Shown: piece by piece, positions 49,833 to 63,560 of the stretch
Position numbering within the stretch: position 1 is the first letter of the stretch
Layout: each line of letters opens with the position of its first letter
Notes under the pieces: generated by a model
The model's input: only the letters and a program-made list of their open reading frames with translations
What the model was told of the DNA's origin: nothing
Database searches by the model: none
Made by a program: the position numbers and the translations under genes
Source: Paecilomyces variotii
Lineage: Eukaryota
Length of the DNA: 64,000 nt
Strand: one strand, 5' to 3'
Assembly: GCA_004022145.1 (NCBI GenBank)
Contig: RCNU01000002.1

Positions 49833-51527
49833 CTACAGAAGCAGCTCCAGGGGATTCTCGACAACCTTCTTCAGCTCCTTGATCCATTCACCTCCAACAG
49901 CACCGTCGACAACCTTGTGGTCGAAGCTTCCGGTGACTACGATCTGATCGTCCCACTCAACAGAGGTACCCTCCTCAGTCTCGACGGGAACAGCGACCTT
50001 GCGGACGGTACCGACAGCCAGAATACCCGCCTGGGGTGGGTTGATAACGGCGGTGAATCGCTCGACGGCCGGGTTCATACCCATGTTGCTGATGGTGAAG
50101 GTGCCGCCCTGGTACTCCTCGGGCTTAAGCTTGTTGTCGCGAGCGCGCTTGCCAAGCTCCTTGATCTGGTTAGAGATGCTGGAGAGACCGAGGCCCTGCA
50201 CGTTCTTCACGACAGGGGTGATCAGGCCAACAGGGGTAGCAACAGCGACGCTAATGTCGACGGTCTTGTGCTGGCGGATGACGACCTGGCCGTTCTCCTC
50301 ACGCCAGCTGGAGTTGACAGCGGGCACCTTCATCAGAGCGACAGCACAAGCCTTCACCAGGAAGTCGTTCACGGACAGCTTGTACTTGCCCTCGGAAGAG
50401 GCGTTGAGGGCCTGGCGGAGCTTCAGGAGCTTGCTTACGGACAGGGTAGCAGAGACGAAGTAGTGGGGGTTCTCCCTCACGGACTGCTGGAGACGGCTAG
50501 CAATGGTCTTGCGCATGGCAGTGAGAGGAATGTCCTCGTAGGTAGGACCGGCCGCAGCAGCAGTCGCGCTGGGCTTGTACTTCTCAACGTCCTCCTTGGT
50601 GATCACGCCGCCCTTTCCGGTGCCTTTAAGCGCCTTGATTGGAACACCCTTCTCGAGGGCCAGTGCCTTGGCAGCCGGGCTGATAAGAGGCTCTCGGTCG
50701 AGAGCCGGTTGCAGCTTCTCTCCGGTAACCTCAGGCTCCTCAGCGGCCGGCTTACCTTCGAGAGACGAAGGGGGAGGCATGGAAACATCGTCTCCAGGTC
50801 CCTTGGAAGACTCGGGGGCATCCTTACCGCCCTGATCGGCGGGCGGAACCTTTCCTGGCGCACCACCAGCATCCTCGAGGGTGAATGATTCAAAGGGTGC
50901 GATGTCGACTCCTTCCTCGACCATGACGGCGATGGGCTAATTGGAAAATGTCAGCAGCATATCCAGGTGTCACCCAATAAAGACAGAACTGACGTTTCCG
51001 ACGGAAATGTCCTTCTCACCAGCCTCCTTCAAAATCTTAGCGAGAACACCTTCCTCCTGGAACTCAAAATCCATCTGAGCCTTGTCGGTTTCGATCTCCA
51101 CTAGCACATCTCCAGGGCTTATCGTGTCGCCAACTTTCTTCTGCCATGTGCCAATGTTTCCTGCAGTCATTGTAGGCGACAGGGCAGGCATGGTGACGAT
51201 GGTGTGAGGGGGGAATGCTATAAGGCACGGTGAGTTAGGATATGATATTCACTAGACCCTCAAAGCTCTGTAAGGACATCCTGTTGATGACATACACTTC
51301 GACGCGTAGAAGCGGGAAAAGGCGGCGATGGCCGGTAGCTGAGGTCTAAACGATGGCGATTATTGTCAGAAGCGTACTTCGTAGAGAATGTCATCAGGAT
51401 TCTGGAGGCATGTAGCATACTGGACGACATCCTTCAGCTTGTAGACTGCTTGAGGCCTTCGCAAGCTGGCCCCTCGGCACATGAACATCACATTGGGAGT
51501 CCGCATCCTGACAACAGCGGCAACCAT
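49833..51527 (-). CDS. LAT1: Pyruvate dehydrogenase E2 (dihydrolipoamide acetyltransferase), 4 exons
   Basis: Lipoyl domain [19 protein letters not shown]3-binding SPAAK..GTGKGG, catalytic [10 protein letters not shown]. Confidence 0.97.
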
Positions 51528-51996
51528 GGTGCCTAAAGGCTATGCAATGGTATCCCCACGGCACTGAAGAGACCGGAAAGAAAGGGAGCGGGGAGGTAGA
51601 GATAGAAACGATGGAGTCACAGGAGGGAGAGAGGCCGTATAACCAGAATTGGGGGCGCAACACCGGGAACTTTTCTGTTGAGCTCCCGGTGAGCGAACGG
51701 GATCCTCCAAGGTCCGGCTTTCTCCTACCGCGACACTAACCGACGCTTATGTAAGCCCCGCTTTGCGCCGGCGGCTGCGCGGCTGGCGGCTGGCGCTTCC
51801 CGTACCAAATTTCGTGTCCCATAGAAGACACGCTGCACTGTAGCTCCGGAGCGCCATAGTACTGTGTCAGAGGCGGGCAAGAAGGACATCCTTCCCCGAA
51901 CTTTTGTTGCTTTTTCTGGTTTTTCCTTCGTTCAATATTAATGCGGACTTCGCTTCTTAGCCTGGCTTCCAATATCCAGGCTGGAGTCCTGCATCA

Positions 51997-54900
51997 ATGG
52001 CGGAAGTCGAGCGCTCTCCGAACGAGCCGGCGCAGCCCTCCACGGCCGCATCCCAGGTAGACGACAATGGCGCTGATGTCTCGACCGGTCCCGACTCCCC
52101 ACACATCTTGAAATCAGACAAGCCCGAACTTCCTGGAGAAACAGGATGGACAGAAATCAATATGGAAAAGTCGGAAAAATCGAGTTTACCTGACACGGAC
52201 AACGAACAAATGGAAACGAGCGCTGAGATTGCGGAGCCGGTGCCTGAACAGTCAGATAACGGTACTACAGAGACCGCTGAAGCAGAAATTAGCTCACCGC
52301 AAGAGGACTCGTCGCGCCCTGAGGAGACAGGCGAGTCTGCTCACGATGTTCGCGATGAGCAGCAAACTCCTAGCACTGAGAGAGAACCCCGCCCTGGAGA
52401 GCAACATACACCTGCAATGTCTGTTCAGGAGGAGCCGGCGCAAGACACAAGGACGCGTTCAGATTCCAGGTCGACGACTGCCACACAGACGACTCACAGA
52501 TCGATGCCGATCAGCTCCACCGTCTTCATTGTCACCGCGCTCGATACAATCGGCTCGTCCAAAGAGGCGAAAAGGAATAAGGAACTAGATGACGCGGTCA
52601 AGGAAGCCCTCACAAATATCAAGCAATCCGAGCGTCAACCAATTGACCCAGAAGTGATCTTTCGGCCTTTACAGCTTTCAACCAAGACACCCAGCATTCC
52701 TCTCCAGGTCACGGCCCTCGACTGCATCGGAAAACTCATTACATACTCCTATTTCGCCTTTCCCTCCCAGCGTCCCCCGCCTGGTCCCGGGGGTGCCGCC
52801 AGTGCCGAACAAATTCCCCTAATAGAACGCGCTATCGAGACAATCTGTGACTGTTTCGAAAATGAAGCTACGCCTGTCGAGGTTCAACAACAAATTATCA
52901 AGTCGCTTCTAGCGGCAGTTTTGAATGATAAGATTGTCGTGCACGGTGCGGGTCTGCTGAAAGCAGTCCGCCAGATCTATAATATTTTCATTTACTCGAA
53001 GTCGAGCCAGAACCAGCAGATTGCCCAGGGATCGCTGACACAAATGGTCGGCACGGTCTTGGACCGAGTACGCATCAGGCTCGATTTGAAGGAGGCACGG
53101 GTGCGGTACGGCGAGAACCATGATTATCACTCACCGGATATGTCAACTCTCGACGCTACCGATGCGAATCAAGGAAATGAACAAGAAGGGTCGTCTGAAG
53201 CCGCTTCGACAGTGACTTCTGATCAACCTACCACGAAGGAACCTACCGAGAAGCTCACACTGCAGAGTTTTGAATCGAGCAAAGACGATGCCATGGTCAA
53301 TGACAATGTCCCTACGATGGTCACGCGGGCCAAAACCAATCAGCGGTCCTCCCGTTCCTCAGTGGGAGGGCCTGAGGATAGAGACGATAGCGATGGGTCT
53401 GCTGATGACGACGTTGATGAGATCTATGTCAAAGATGCCTTCCTGGTGTTCAGAGCATTATGCAAACTGAGCCACAAGATCTTGACCCACGACCAACAAC
53501 AAGACATAAAGTCCCAGAACATGAGGTCTAAGCTGCTATCATTGCACCTCATCCATCATCTCATCAATAACCATATCGCCGTTTTTACCTCTCCTCTTGT
53601 GACGATCAAGAATAGCTCGAGCTCTTCCGACTCCATGACCCTATTACAGGCAGTTCGTCCTCATCTTTGCCTCAGTCTCAGCCGAAACGGCTCGAGTTCT
53701 GTTCCTAGGGTCTTCGAAGTTTGCTGTGAGATTTTCTGGCTGATGCTTAAGCATATGAGGGTCATGATGAAGGTGAGTTAAAAAGGAGATATCGATTAGG
53801 AGCGTCTTGCTGATGACCTTCACAGAAAGAGCTAGAAGTGTTCCTCAAGGAGATTTATCTGGCTATTCTCGAGAAGCGGAACGCACCGGCATTCCAGAAA
53901 CAGTACTTCATGGAGATTCTGGAAAGACTCGCTGCTGATCCACGTGCTCTGGTGGAGATCTATCTCAATTATGACTGTGATCGGACGGCACTAGAGAACA
54001 TGTTCCAGGGGTACGTATATGAAAGGGTCCATTATCTAGGAGTAAAGCCATCTAACGTGCACAGGATCATCGAACAATTGTCTCGTTACTCGAGCAGTCC
54101 TGTCGCTGTGACAGCGATACAGCAGCAGCAATATCAGGAACAACATCTGAAGGTCCCTAGTAGTGCAACTGAATGGCACCAGCGTGGCACACTGCCACCG
54201 TCTCTGATTACCGCACATATCTCCAATCCCCAGCCATCTAATACACAAAACGTACCTCCTGAATACGTGATGAAGCAGCAAGCACTGGAATGTCTAGTGG
54301 GAATTCTGCGATCACTGGACAATTGGTCGTCACAACGTTTGGATGGCCCCGCTTCGGCTTCCCGCGAAGTAATATCCCGGAAGTCCAGCGATGTTGCCAG
54401 GGAGTCTATTGATACCACCACTGCTCTCGTCCTTCCGTCCCCCAGGATTGAAGGTGGCGAGGGAGGAACTGGTCGGTCGACGCCAGTCCCCGAGGATGAT
54501 CCGAGTCAAATAGAGAAGGCCAAACAAAGAAAAACAGCGCTAATAAATGCCGTTCAGCAATTCAACTTCAAGCCGAAGAGGGGAATTAAGCTCCTCCTCC
54601 AAGAAGGCTTCATCCGCTCCAATTCTCCTCATGACATTGCTACATTCCTTTTGAGAAACGAACGTCTTGACAAGGCCATGATTGGAGAATACTTAGGAGA
54701 GGGAGACCCTGAGAACATTGCTATAATGCACGCTTTTGTTGACTCCATGGATTTCTCAAACCTTCAGTTCGTGGAGGCTCTGCGCAAGTTCCTGCAAAGT
54801 TTCCGTTTGCCTGGAGAAGCTCAGAAGATTGACCGTTTCATGCTGAAATTCGCCGAACGCTATGTGAGCGGCAACCCTAATGCCTTCGCCAACGCAGATA

Positions 54901-57900
54901 CCGCCTACGTATTAGCGTACTCGGTTATCATGCTTAATACCGACCAGCATAGCAAGAAACTGAAGGGTCGCCGAATGACAAAGGATGACTTCATTAAGAA
55001 TAACCGCGGAATCAACGATAACCAGGATTTGCCAGACGAATATCTCGGTTCTATCTTTGATGAAATTGCAACCAATGAGATCGTGCTCGATACTGAAAGA
55101 GAAAATGCTGCCAATCTTGAAGTCCCACAAACTGGTGGCCTCGCATCCCGAGCTGGACAAGTACTAGCGACCGTCGGGAGAGATATCCAGGGAGAAAAGT
55201 ATGCTCAGGCATCTGAAGAGATGGCTAACAAGACAGAGCAATTGTATAGAAGCTTGATACGGGCCCAACGGAAAACAGCTATCAGAGACGCGCTTTCACG
55301 ATTTATTCCAGCAACCTCTGTTCGCCATGTTGGTCCTATGTTCAATGTCACATGGATGTCCTTCCTTTCTGGTCTCTCGGCGCAGGTACAAGACTCGCAG
55401 AACTTGGACACTATGAGACTCTGCATGGACGGTATGAAGCTGGCAATACGCATATCCTGCGCTTTTGACCTCGAGACTCCAAGAGTGGCTTTCGTTACCG
55501 CTCTGGCCAAGTTCACGAACCTAGGCAACCTTAGGGAGATGATGGCAAAGAACGTGGAGGCCCTCAAGGCATTGCTGGATGTCGCTCTTAACGAGGGAAA
55601 TCACCTGAGAAGCTCCTGGAGAGAGGTTCTCACATGCGTCAGTCAGCTTGACCGGTTCCAGCTGCTGACGGACGGTGTCGACGAAGGAGCGCTGCCGGAC
55701 GTTTCCAGGGCACGTATTGTCCCTCAGACGAATACCGAGCTCCCTCGGAAATCTATGCAAGGAGTGAGACGCCCACGACCTCGGTCCATCAACGGACCTA
55801 CATCTTTCCGAGCAGAAGTGGCCATTGAAAGTCGGTCAACTGAGATGGTTCGCGGAGTAGATCGGATATTCACCAATACTGCTAATCTCTCCAACGAAGC
55901 TATCATCGACTTTGTTCGTGCCTTGAGTGATGTTAGCTGGCAGGAAATCCAGTCCTCCGGACAGAGCGAGTCGCCACGCACATACAGTCTGCAAAAACTG
56001 GTTGAGATCAGTTATTACAACATGACGCGTGTCAGAATAGAATGGACCAAAATTTGGGAAGTCCTTGGAGAGCACTTCAACCAAGTCGGCTGCCACACAA
56101 ACACCGCTGTGGTTTTCTTCGCTCTGGACTCTCTTCGCCAGTTATCGATGCGATTCATGGAAATCGAAGAGCTTCCGGGTTTCAAATTCCAAAAAGACTT
56201 CCTCAAGCCCTTCGAGCATGTTATGGCCAATAGCAGCACCGTCACGGTGAAGGATATGGTTCTGCGATGTCTTATCCAGATGATCCAGGCCCGGGGTGAT
56301 AACATCCGATCCGGTTGGAAAACGATGTTTGGTGTCTTCACGGTGGCTGCCCGAGAACCGTATGGTATGTTACTTCAATACTTCGGGGCTGTCATTTGAT
56401 AACGCCGCTGACACAACAACAGAAGGGATTGTCAACATGGCATTTGAACACGTAACTCAAATATACAACACCCGTTTCGGGGTTGTAATTACCCAAGGAG
56501 CTTTCCCAGACCTCATCGTTTGCTTGACAGAATTCTCAAAGAACATCAAATTCCAGAAGAAGTCGCTTCAAGCCATAGAAACCTTGAAATCAACAGTAAC
56601 AAAGATGCTCAAGACCCCTGAATGTCCTCTATCTCACCGCCATACCGAGTACGCCAGCTTCCACGAGGATAACAGCACGAACCTTTCCCAACAGCTCAGC
56701 CGACAATCTCAAGAAGAGCAATTTTGGTACCCGGTGTTGATTGCGTTCCAAGACGTACTCATGACCGGAGATGATCTCGAAGTTCGGTCAAGGTATGGGT
56801 GAACCTACATCTCACACAATAATAATATACTAACTATTTTCCTAGGGCTCTAACCTATCTTTTTGATACCTTGATTCGCTATGGCGGTGACTTCCCGTCT
56901 GAATTCTGGGATGTGCTCTGGAGACAGCTCTTGTACCCCATTTTCGTCGTTCTGCAGTCAAAATCGGAGATGTCGAAAGTCCCTAACCACGAAGAGCTTT
57001 CCGTGTGGCTATCCACAACGATGATTCAGGCTCTGAGGAACATGATCACACTATTCACCCATTATTTCGACTCTCTTGAATACATGCTCGACCGCTTTTT
57101 GGGGCTGTTGACCCTCTGCATCTGCCAAGAAAACGACACCATAGCTCGCATTGGGAGCAACTGCCTACAGCAGCTAATCCTGCAGAATGTGACCAAGTTC
57201 CGGCAGGAGCACTGGACAAAGGTCGTTGGTGCCTTTGTGGAACTTTTCAGCCGAACAACGGCATACGAGCTATTCACTGCAGCAGCCTCTCTAACTAAGC
57301 CATCGGATGCTCGCAAGTCCTCCAATGGGGATGTTATTACTAATGACTCGACTCCTGAAACTGGCTCTGATGCAGCGTCAACTGCTACCGCATCAAACGT
57401 CAATGGTACCCAGACTACCCAACACGAGCATGAAGATGGAGATGTCCCGGCTGTACCTCAGGAAGGGACGCAAGGTACTACAGCTCCTCGACTGGATGAC
57501 TACAGACCGCAGTTAGACGTACAACTACCGCAGGCTGTAACGGTTGCGCGGCGCCGCTTCTTCAACCGCATAATCACCAACTGTGTCCTCCAGTTGCTAA
57601 TGATCGAGACGGTTCATGAGCTCTTCTCCAACGACAATGTATATGCAGAGATTCCAAGCCACGAACTTCTTCGCTTGATGAGTCTCTTGAAGAAGAGTTA
57701 TCAGTTTGCAAAGAAGTTCAACGAAGACAAAGAGCTGCGGATGCAGCTCTGGCGCCAGGGTTTTATGAAGCAGCCTCCAAACCTTCTTAAACAGGAAAGC
57801 GGAAGCGCGGCAACTTATGTCAACATCCTCTTCCGCATGTATCATGACGAGAGAGAGGAGAGGCGAAGCAGTCGCGCCGCGACAGAGGCAGCCCTCATCC

Positions 57901-58255
57901 CGTAAGTTGAATCAATACGGTTCCTCCTTATTTAAGCTTCGCTTACTGACTGTCTTCTAGCCTCTGCGCCGATATTATCCGCAGCTACGTACTACTCGAT
58001 GAAGAAACGCAGCACCGAAACATTATTGCCTGGCGGCCTGTTGTCGTGGACGTGATTGACGGCTACACGAACTTTCCTCAAGACACCTTCTCGAAATACA
58101 TCGAGACATTCTACCCTCTGGGGATTGATCTATTAGGACGCGATGTCAGCCCTGATGTGCGTATCGCTCTTCAGCATCTATTTCGCAGAGTCGGTGAGGT
58201 CAAGTTAGGCCTTCCTCTGCAGACCTTGGTAGGGACAGCCGTTGTATCTGCCTGA
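51997..58255 (+). CDS. SEC7: Large Arf GEF Sec7/BIG (HypB), 6 exons
   Basis: DCB (LDCIGKLI), HUS box YLNYDCD, Sec7 domain FRLPGEAQKIDRFM, YVLAYSVIMLNTDQH, and HDS domains. Confidence 0.96.
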
Positions 58256-58747
58256 AGTCCATCATCGCAGCAGTCCAACGTTGCACACTGGTAGATTGCG
58301 GGCGCCACTACCGCTTACGGCATTTGTCCTTCAAGAGCTTTCAGCATATTGATTCCCAATATATGTCGAAGATTTTCCTTAGCACTTTGCGCTACGAGTT
58401 CCTCGTTTCTATCATTCCCCCTGGGCGACCATGGATGAGAATTGGTCTTGTGTTTCTACGTTCTTGATTTGTATTTTGCAATCCAAACCTCGCGCATTCT
58501 CTTTTGAGCGCTAGGCGTTCTTCGCTTTTTGTATGTGCAAGAATTCCCGTGTCATGGAAGGGCTGTGCGAACTTAGCTAGTTATACCACGGGGAATTAGA
58601 TGTCCAGGGTGATTGTTACCAATATAAATGTTGTACATTGGAAAGATAAGTACTCGTAACCGCTAACATGAGCGTACATATATCCATGGTCCAAGCTCTC
58701 TGGTTTTCTCCGTTAGAATCCTCATCTCTCTGGGAGATCATAACCCT

Positions 58748-59596
58748 TTAATTGGCGTCACGAATCGCCTTCAAGCTAGGAACTTCATCCGACTTGTAAT
58801 AAGTGAGGAGTCTGTCCATTTCTCCTTCATTCATTTCGACTAGGTCTTCCAGACTCCATGATTCACAGACGCGAGACATCCTAAATAGAAGAAGTCAGAG
58901 TCGCTACCCTGATAAAAAAAAACACCGCAGGGTAGTTCTAGACACCCACCATTTCATACGCTTTGCTCCCTCCTCGAGATCGGGAGCGATCCCTCTTAGC
59001 TTTTTGCGTAGTATGCCCACATTTTCGATCGCTGCACCAGTATTCTTAGGCAGGGTCTCCGCGATCTTCTTCCGAATGATACTGGCCATTTTCGGCCCGT
59101 TTCCATTGGTACTCACCATAACCTGCAATGGCCCGTCCCGATGGACACTGCCGAAATAGAAGTCGCACTCCGATGGCACGTCTGCGATATTGGCAGGAAT
59201 ACGGCGCTCCTTGCAGAGCTTCCAGACCCTGGTCGAGGCTTCTGGGTCATCAACGGCACAGAGAACCATATCTGCCGCATCAAGATCTTGTGGCTCGAAG
59301 TTGCGATCGATATGAGATACTTGCTTCTCTGCAACGCGGAATGCTACTTCGTCATTCAGCCCAGACGAAGGGCAGACGACCGTGACTCTGGCATCTGCAT
59401 TGAGCGCGTGTAAAATACGGCCAGCAGCAACCTGATACCCCGCTATCAATATCGTAAAAAAGATATATATATAATTTGATCTCAATGGCAATATGCATAC
59501 CTCTCCGCCACCGACCACTAATACGTTCTTATCTTTCACCTGCCATGCAATGATCAGGGAGCCACCTCCCTGGACCTCTGGGAACCTCTGCGACAT
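58748..59596 (-). CDS. MET8: Precorrin-2 dehydrogenase / sirohydrochlorin ferrochelatase (siroheme synthesis), 3 exons
   Basis: LIIAWQVKDKNVLVVGGGE|VAAGR, NIADVPSECDFYF, VSTNGNGP, RMKW|MSRVCESW. Confidence 0.92.
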
Positions 59597-59875
59597 TATA
59601 TTATATCAATTTATCGGCGAGAGGAGGCGGGGTAGTCTGTGATGCTGTCATAGCTTTCTTGCTGGACACAAAATTACGGCTAGCGGGACAGACCGCACGT
59701 GCTCAAATCTTTTCCCACTCGTCCGCACTTCTTTTGTCTGCTCTAGTTTTCCACACCCAACCAAACCTTTGGTTCACTTCACTTTTTTATCCAGCTTGCT
59801 CAACCTCTTGGCCTAGCTTCCATCCGATGTCCTCAACGGCTCTCTTGCTATAGAGGACCCGAACAGACTCCCATA

Positions 59876-61595
59876 ATGAGAGGGGTTCAGATTTTTAGCG
59901 GGACATCCCACCCCGTCCTCGCTGAAGCTATCTGTGAGCGCTTGGGTACCGTCCCCGCCAAAGCTCAGCTGGGAAAATTTAGCAATGGCGAGACGAGCGT
60001 GAGCATTGGTACCTCTGTCCGCAATCAAGATGTCTACATTGTCCAGAGTGGAAGCAACAAGATCAATGACAGTGTCATGGAGCTCTTGATTATGATCTCG
60101 GCCTGCAAAGGCGGCTCCGCAAAGTCTATCACAGGTCGGTAACTCAACCGTGCTCCCACTTGATTGCTTATCGAATATCAGGACAGAATGCTGACTGTGG
60201 CTCTAGCGGTGATCCCGTAGGTTGTTAATCCTATGCAGAATACATAATGGACACTGACCTCCTCGAGATACTTTCCGTACTCTCGCCAGTCGAAGAAGAA
60301 GAGCCATCGGGGTGCCATCACTGCCCGCATGCTTGCCAATCTCCTTTCCGTGGCTGGAGTCGATCATGTGATAACTCTGGACTTGCATGTATGTACAGCA
60401 CAAACTCTCCGGAGGCTGTGCACTTGTCTAAGACTGATGTCGAACAGGCGTCCCAGATGCAAGGGTTCTTTGGCAAGCCGGTGGATAATCTCTTTGCCGA
60501 GCCATTCATTGCTCGTTGGATCAAGATCAATGTTCCCGGCTGGAAAGACGCTGTCGTCGTCAGTAAGAATGCCGGTGGTACGAAGCGAGTCACTTCTTTG
60601 GCCGACACCCTGAAGCTCAACTTCGGAATCGTCACGACTGATAGGCGGCGAACCAAGGTGCCTAACGCTATGAATGACAGCACGATCTTTTTCGATTCCA
60701 TCGAACAAGATTGTGGAAAGCCTCTACCGAAGGACCCGGCGTCTACTGAGGAGGCAGTTGTTGAAGACTCCAAGCTTCCCTTCACTAATGCAGACCAGCT
60801 AGGTCCCTTGCCTCCCTCCAAGACTATGTTTCCTCATGGTCTGCGACCAGAAACCCCTCCTGCAGCCCGTCGTCCGTCCGAGTTGGAGGCTGCCCATGAC
60901 TATACTGATGGACGTGCCCGAGATGTGATCACCGGTAGATTTGTCCAGGGCCAGCTTGTGGATGACGATTACCCATCTCCTGTCATTTCCACGTCTTCTA
61001 CTCCTGCAAATGGGGCGGCGAACAAGGAGAATCACGAGAACCTGCCAGATTCCATGATGGCATCCTTTGTGTCCACTTCCTCCGTGCAGCATTCTCTTGC
61101 AGGGACCTTCGAGGAGCCTGAGTCTGACGATGACGGCCCCACGTGTCCCCATGGAGCCGAAGATGAGAAGACCATAACTCTCGTGGGAGAGGTTAGGGGT
61201 AGGACGGTGTTTTTGGTAGACGACATGATTGACAAGAGTGGCTCTTGGATAATCGCTGCTGAGACGGTGGTCAAACGAGGCGGCGCGCGTAAAGTCTACT
61301 GCATTGCTACCCACGGTTTATTTGGGGACAACTCCCTGGAGCAGCTGGAAGCCTGCGAGTCGATCGATTACATTGTCGTAACGAACTCGTTCCCCATCTC
61401 ACCGATGATGATGAAGACTTCTAAGAAGTTGATCGTCATCGATGTCTCTACCCTACTGTCGGAGGCAATCAGACGGCACCACTATGGCGAAAGGTATGTG
61501 GTTCAAGCTGTTTGAGATGATGACAATGAGAAAGTTTCGGTGACTGACAAGCTTCTAGTGTGTCGGCGCTCTTCCAATTGAATGACATTATTTAG
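59876..61595 (+). CDS. PRS1: Ribose-phosphate pyrophosphokinase, Prs1-type with a long non-homologous insertion, 5 exons
   Basis: FSNGET, HRGAITARMLANLL (Prs1-specific), DLH|ASQMQGFF, PRPP loop LVDDMIDKSGS, and a low-complexity insert before TITLVG. Confidence 0.92.
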
Positions 61596-61956
61596 GCTAC
61601 GATGATCATGTATTAAGGTTTCATATTTCGAGGTAGTTATCCTACCATCGCTCAACGAATGTTTACGACAGTGCACTCCATACCGGCTGATATGCCGACG
61701 GCGTTAATGTTCACAAAAGGTCACAGGGCATCATTATGGGCAATTACGGCTTGGGGCGGCTCTTTGTATTATCTTACGTGGTCTTCTAGGTAAATTTTCG
61801 AACGGTGTCCTTCTATGCGGATCTACACTCTTGAGTGTCCGCAACGTCACTTTCTTCCGTGTGCTTGTTTCATGATTCCCCCAGGATGTTACCTTCATAT
61901 CACTATGCAGCTGTGAGAATGTCTTGACTTGCTCAGCATGGCATGTCTCTAGTGGG

Positions 61957-63560
61957 CTATATGTGGATATTTCCATACAGTCCTTCCGAGGACGAGATTT
62001 TCAAAAACACATACCAGCGATGCAGAACCTTCGGGGTACTGCAAGAGGATCTTGCGAGAAGGTCAAGGGCTTCCTTGCCTTCTTTCTCACCACAAAGATC
62101 ATTCTTAACGGAGCGTTGGAAGAACAGACAAACGGGTTCCAGGTGGCTTCCATCTTTCCTCTGCCGTCTTAATGGACGGTAGTAGGCGGATGATCGACGC
62201 TTGGTTCCCGTACGAGGAATGAAGGCATCGCTTTTAGAGCCTTTCCATTTGGACTGGCTTTGCGGCTTCTGTCGGTGGAAGCGGTGCAAGAGAACATCTC
62301 GGACATTTCGTCAACATTTTCGGGTCTTTTTACTTGCATAGTTAGGACCTTGTGTAATATCATCCAGAATATCATCTTGTTTGCTCGTCTCGGTAGTACA
62401 GTACATTGATCTACACGCCTGTGGTAGTGCATTGATTCCTTCCGGGCTGCGGGCTGCAGCAGTTCTCTTTCGCCTCATCTTCAGAACATAGCCACGAGGA
62501 CGTAGTCTACAAATGTTCAAGCAGGTATCCATCTCCAAGGCAGGGGACATTGTATCTCGTCTCACCGCTCGATTGAGAATTTGTCGTGTGCTCCGGAATT
62601 GACTTTGACTATTATTATTGCATATGTATGCCTCGATACTATCCGTCCTTACCGACACTTCATGCACGAGTCAGCACGACAAACAGGTCAAGAATTTGTC
62701 ATGGTTGTATCGACTGAGTCGGGACTCGATTCGTTTGTGTGGAAAGAAGAGAAACCCGCAATTCCCCGAGATGCGAACAGAGTTTCCCTTGGAGACGAAA
62801 GTTGTTAGCTTCTTCTCGGTTTGTTGAGCCGCAAGGGATAGATTGGCGTCTCGGAGAAATGACGGCGCTGCACGATCAATAAAGCCGACTCCATTCATAG
62901 CAATCGTGATCTCGCTGATTTCTAGAGCATTCGGGCCTTGCCTCAGGACGGATTGGATTGATTGGAAGACTGACCATTCCATAAGAGCAAGTTGCAGGAA
63001 ATCAGTCACATAGTACTATATCTACGTAGATCATCTCAAGTCGGACTGTGCTTGGACATCATGGTCGAAAAACAGACACTTCTTCCCTTTTTCAGCTGGT
63101 GGGCCAACGCCAATTGGATCGACGAAGCCATGATTCCTCTCGAACAGAAAAGCACATTGACACTGGACCCCTTGGCGATGTGGAGGGCCGGCGTCGGATT
63201 TGTTCTCGATAGTATGGCCTCGGCGTCGCTTATTCCTTGCAAACTATCGTGGAATAGTGCCGTGCCTGTCCAACTATGGTAGACGATCCCCAAAAAAAGA
63301 GAAGCTCATGGCAGTTATTTCCCCTGATTAACTTATCTTTAGAGGGTCAATCGGTCTAATCTACTACTGACGGGCTTTCTTTCGCAACCAATTTTGATCC
63401 GCACTGCGGTTCGACTGATCCGGCTGTAGATAATGCTAGACGGACAATCGAGGACCCTGAAAGCTGGACCAGCACGTTGTGGCCGATCTCTCGTTCTTCT
63501 CCGATTGTGCCTGTTGAGATTCGGCCTGGAAGTCTGCTTCCTTTCTGGCCACATGGACAA
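61957..63560 (-). pseudogene. Probable decayed gene of unknown family (collinear ORF fragments broken by stops and a frameshift)
   Basis: ORFs 62671-63009, 62311-62667 and 61957-62289 share one frame, separated by single TGA codons. ORFs 63339-63560 and 63036-63293 share another frame. Confidence 0.4.

Noticed and set aside
49761..50888. 375-aa + strand ORF antisense to LAT1
   Set aside because: Shadow ORF produced by the strong codon bias of LAT1; it has a non-ATG start and no motif.
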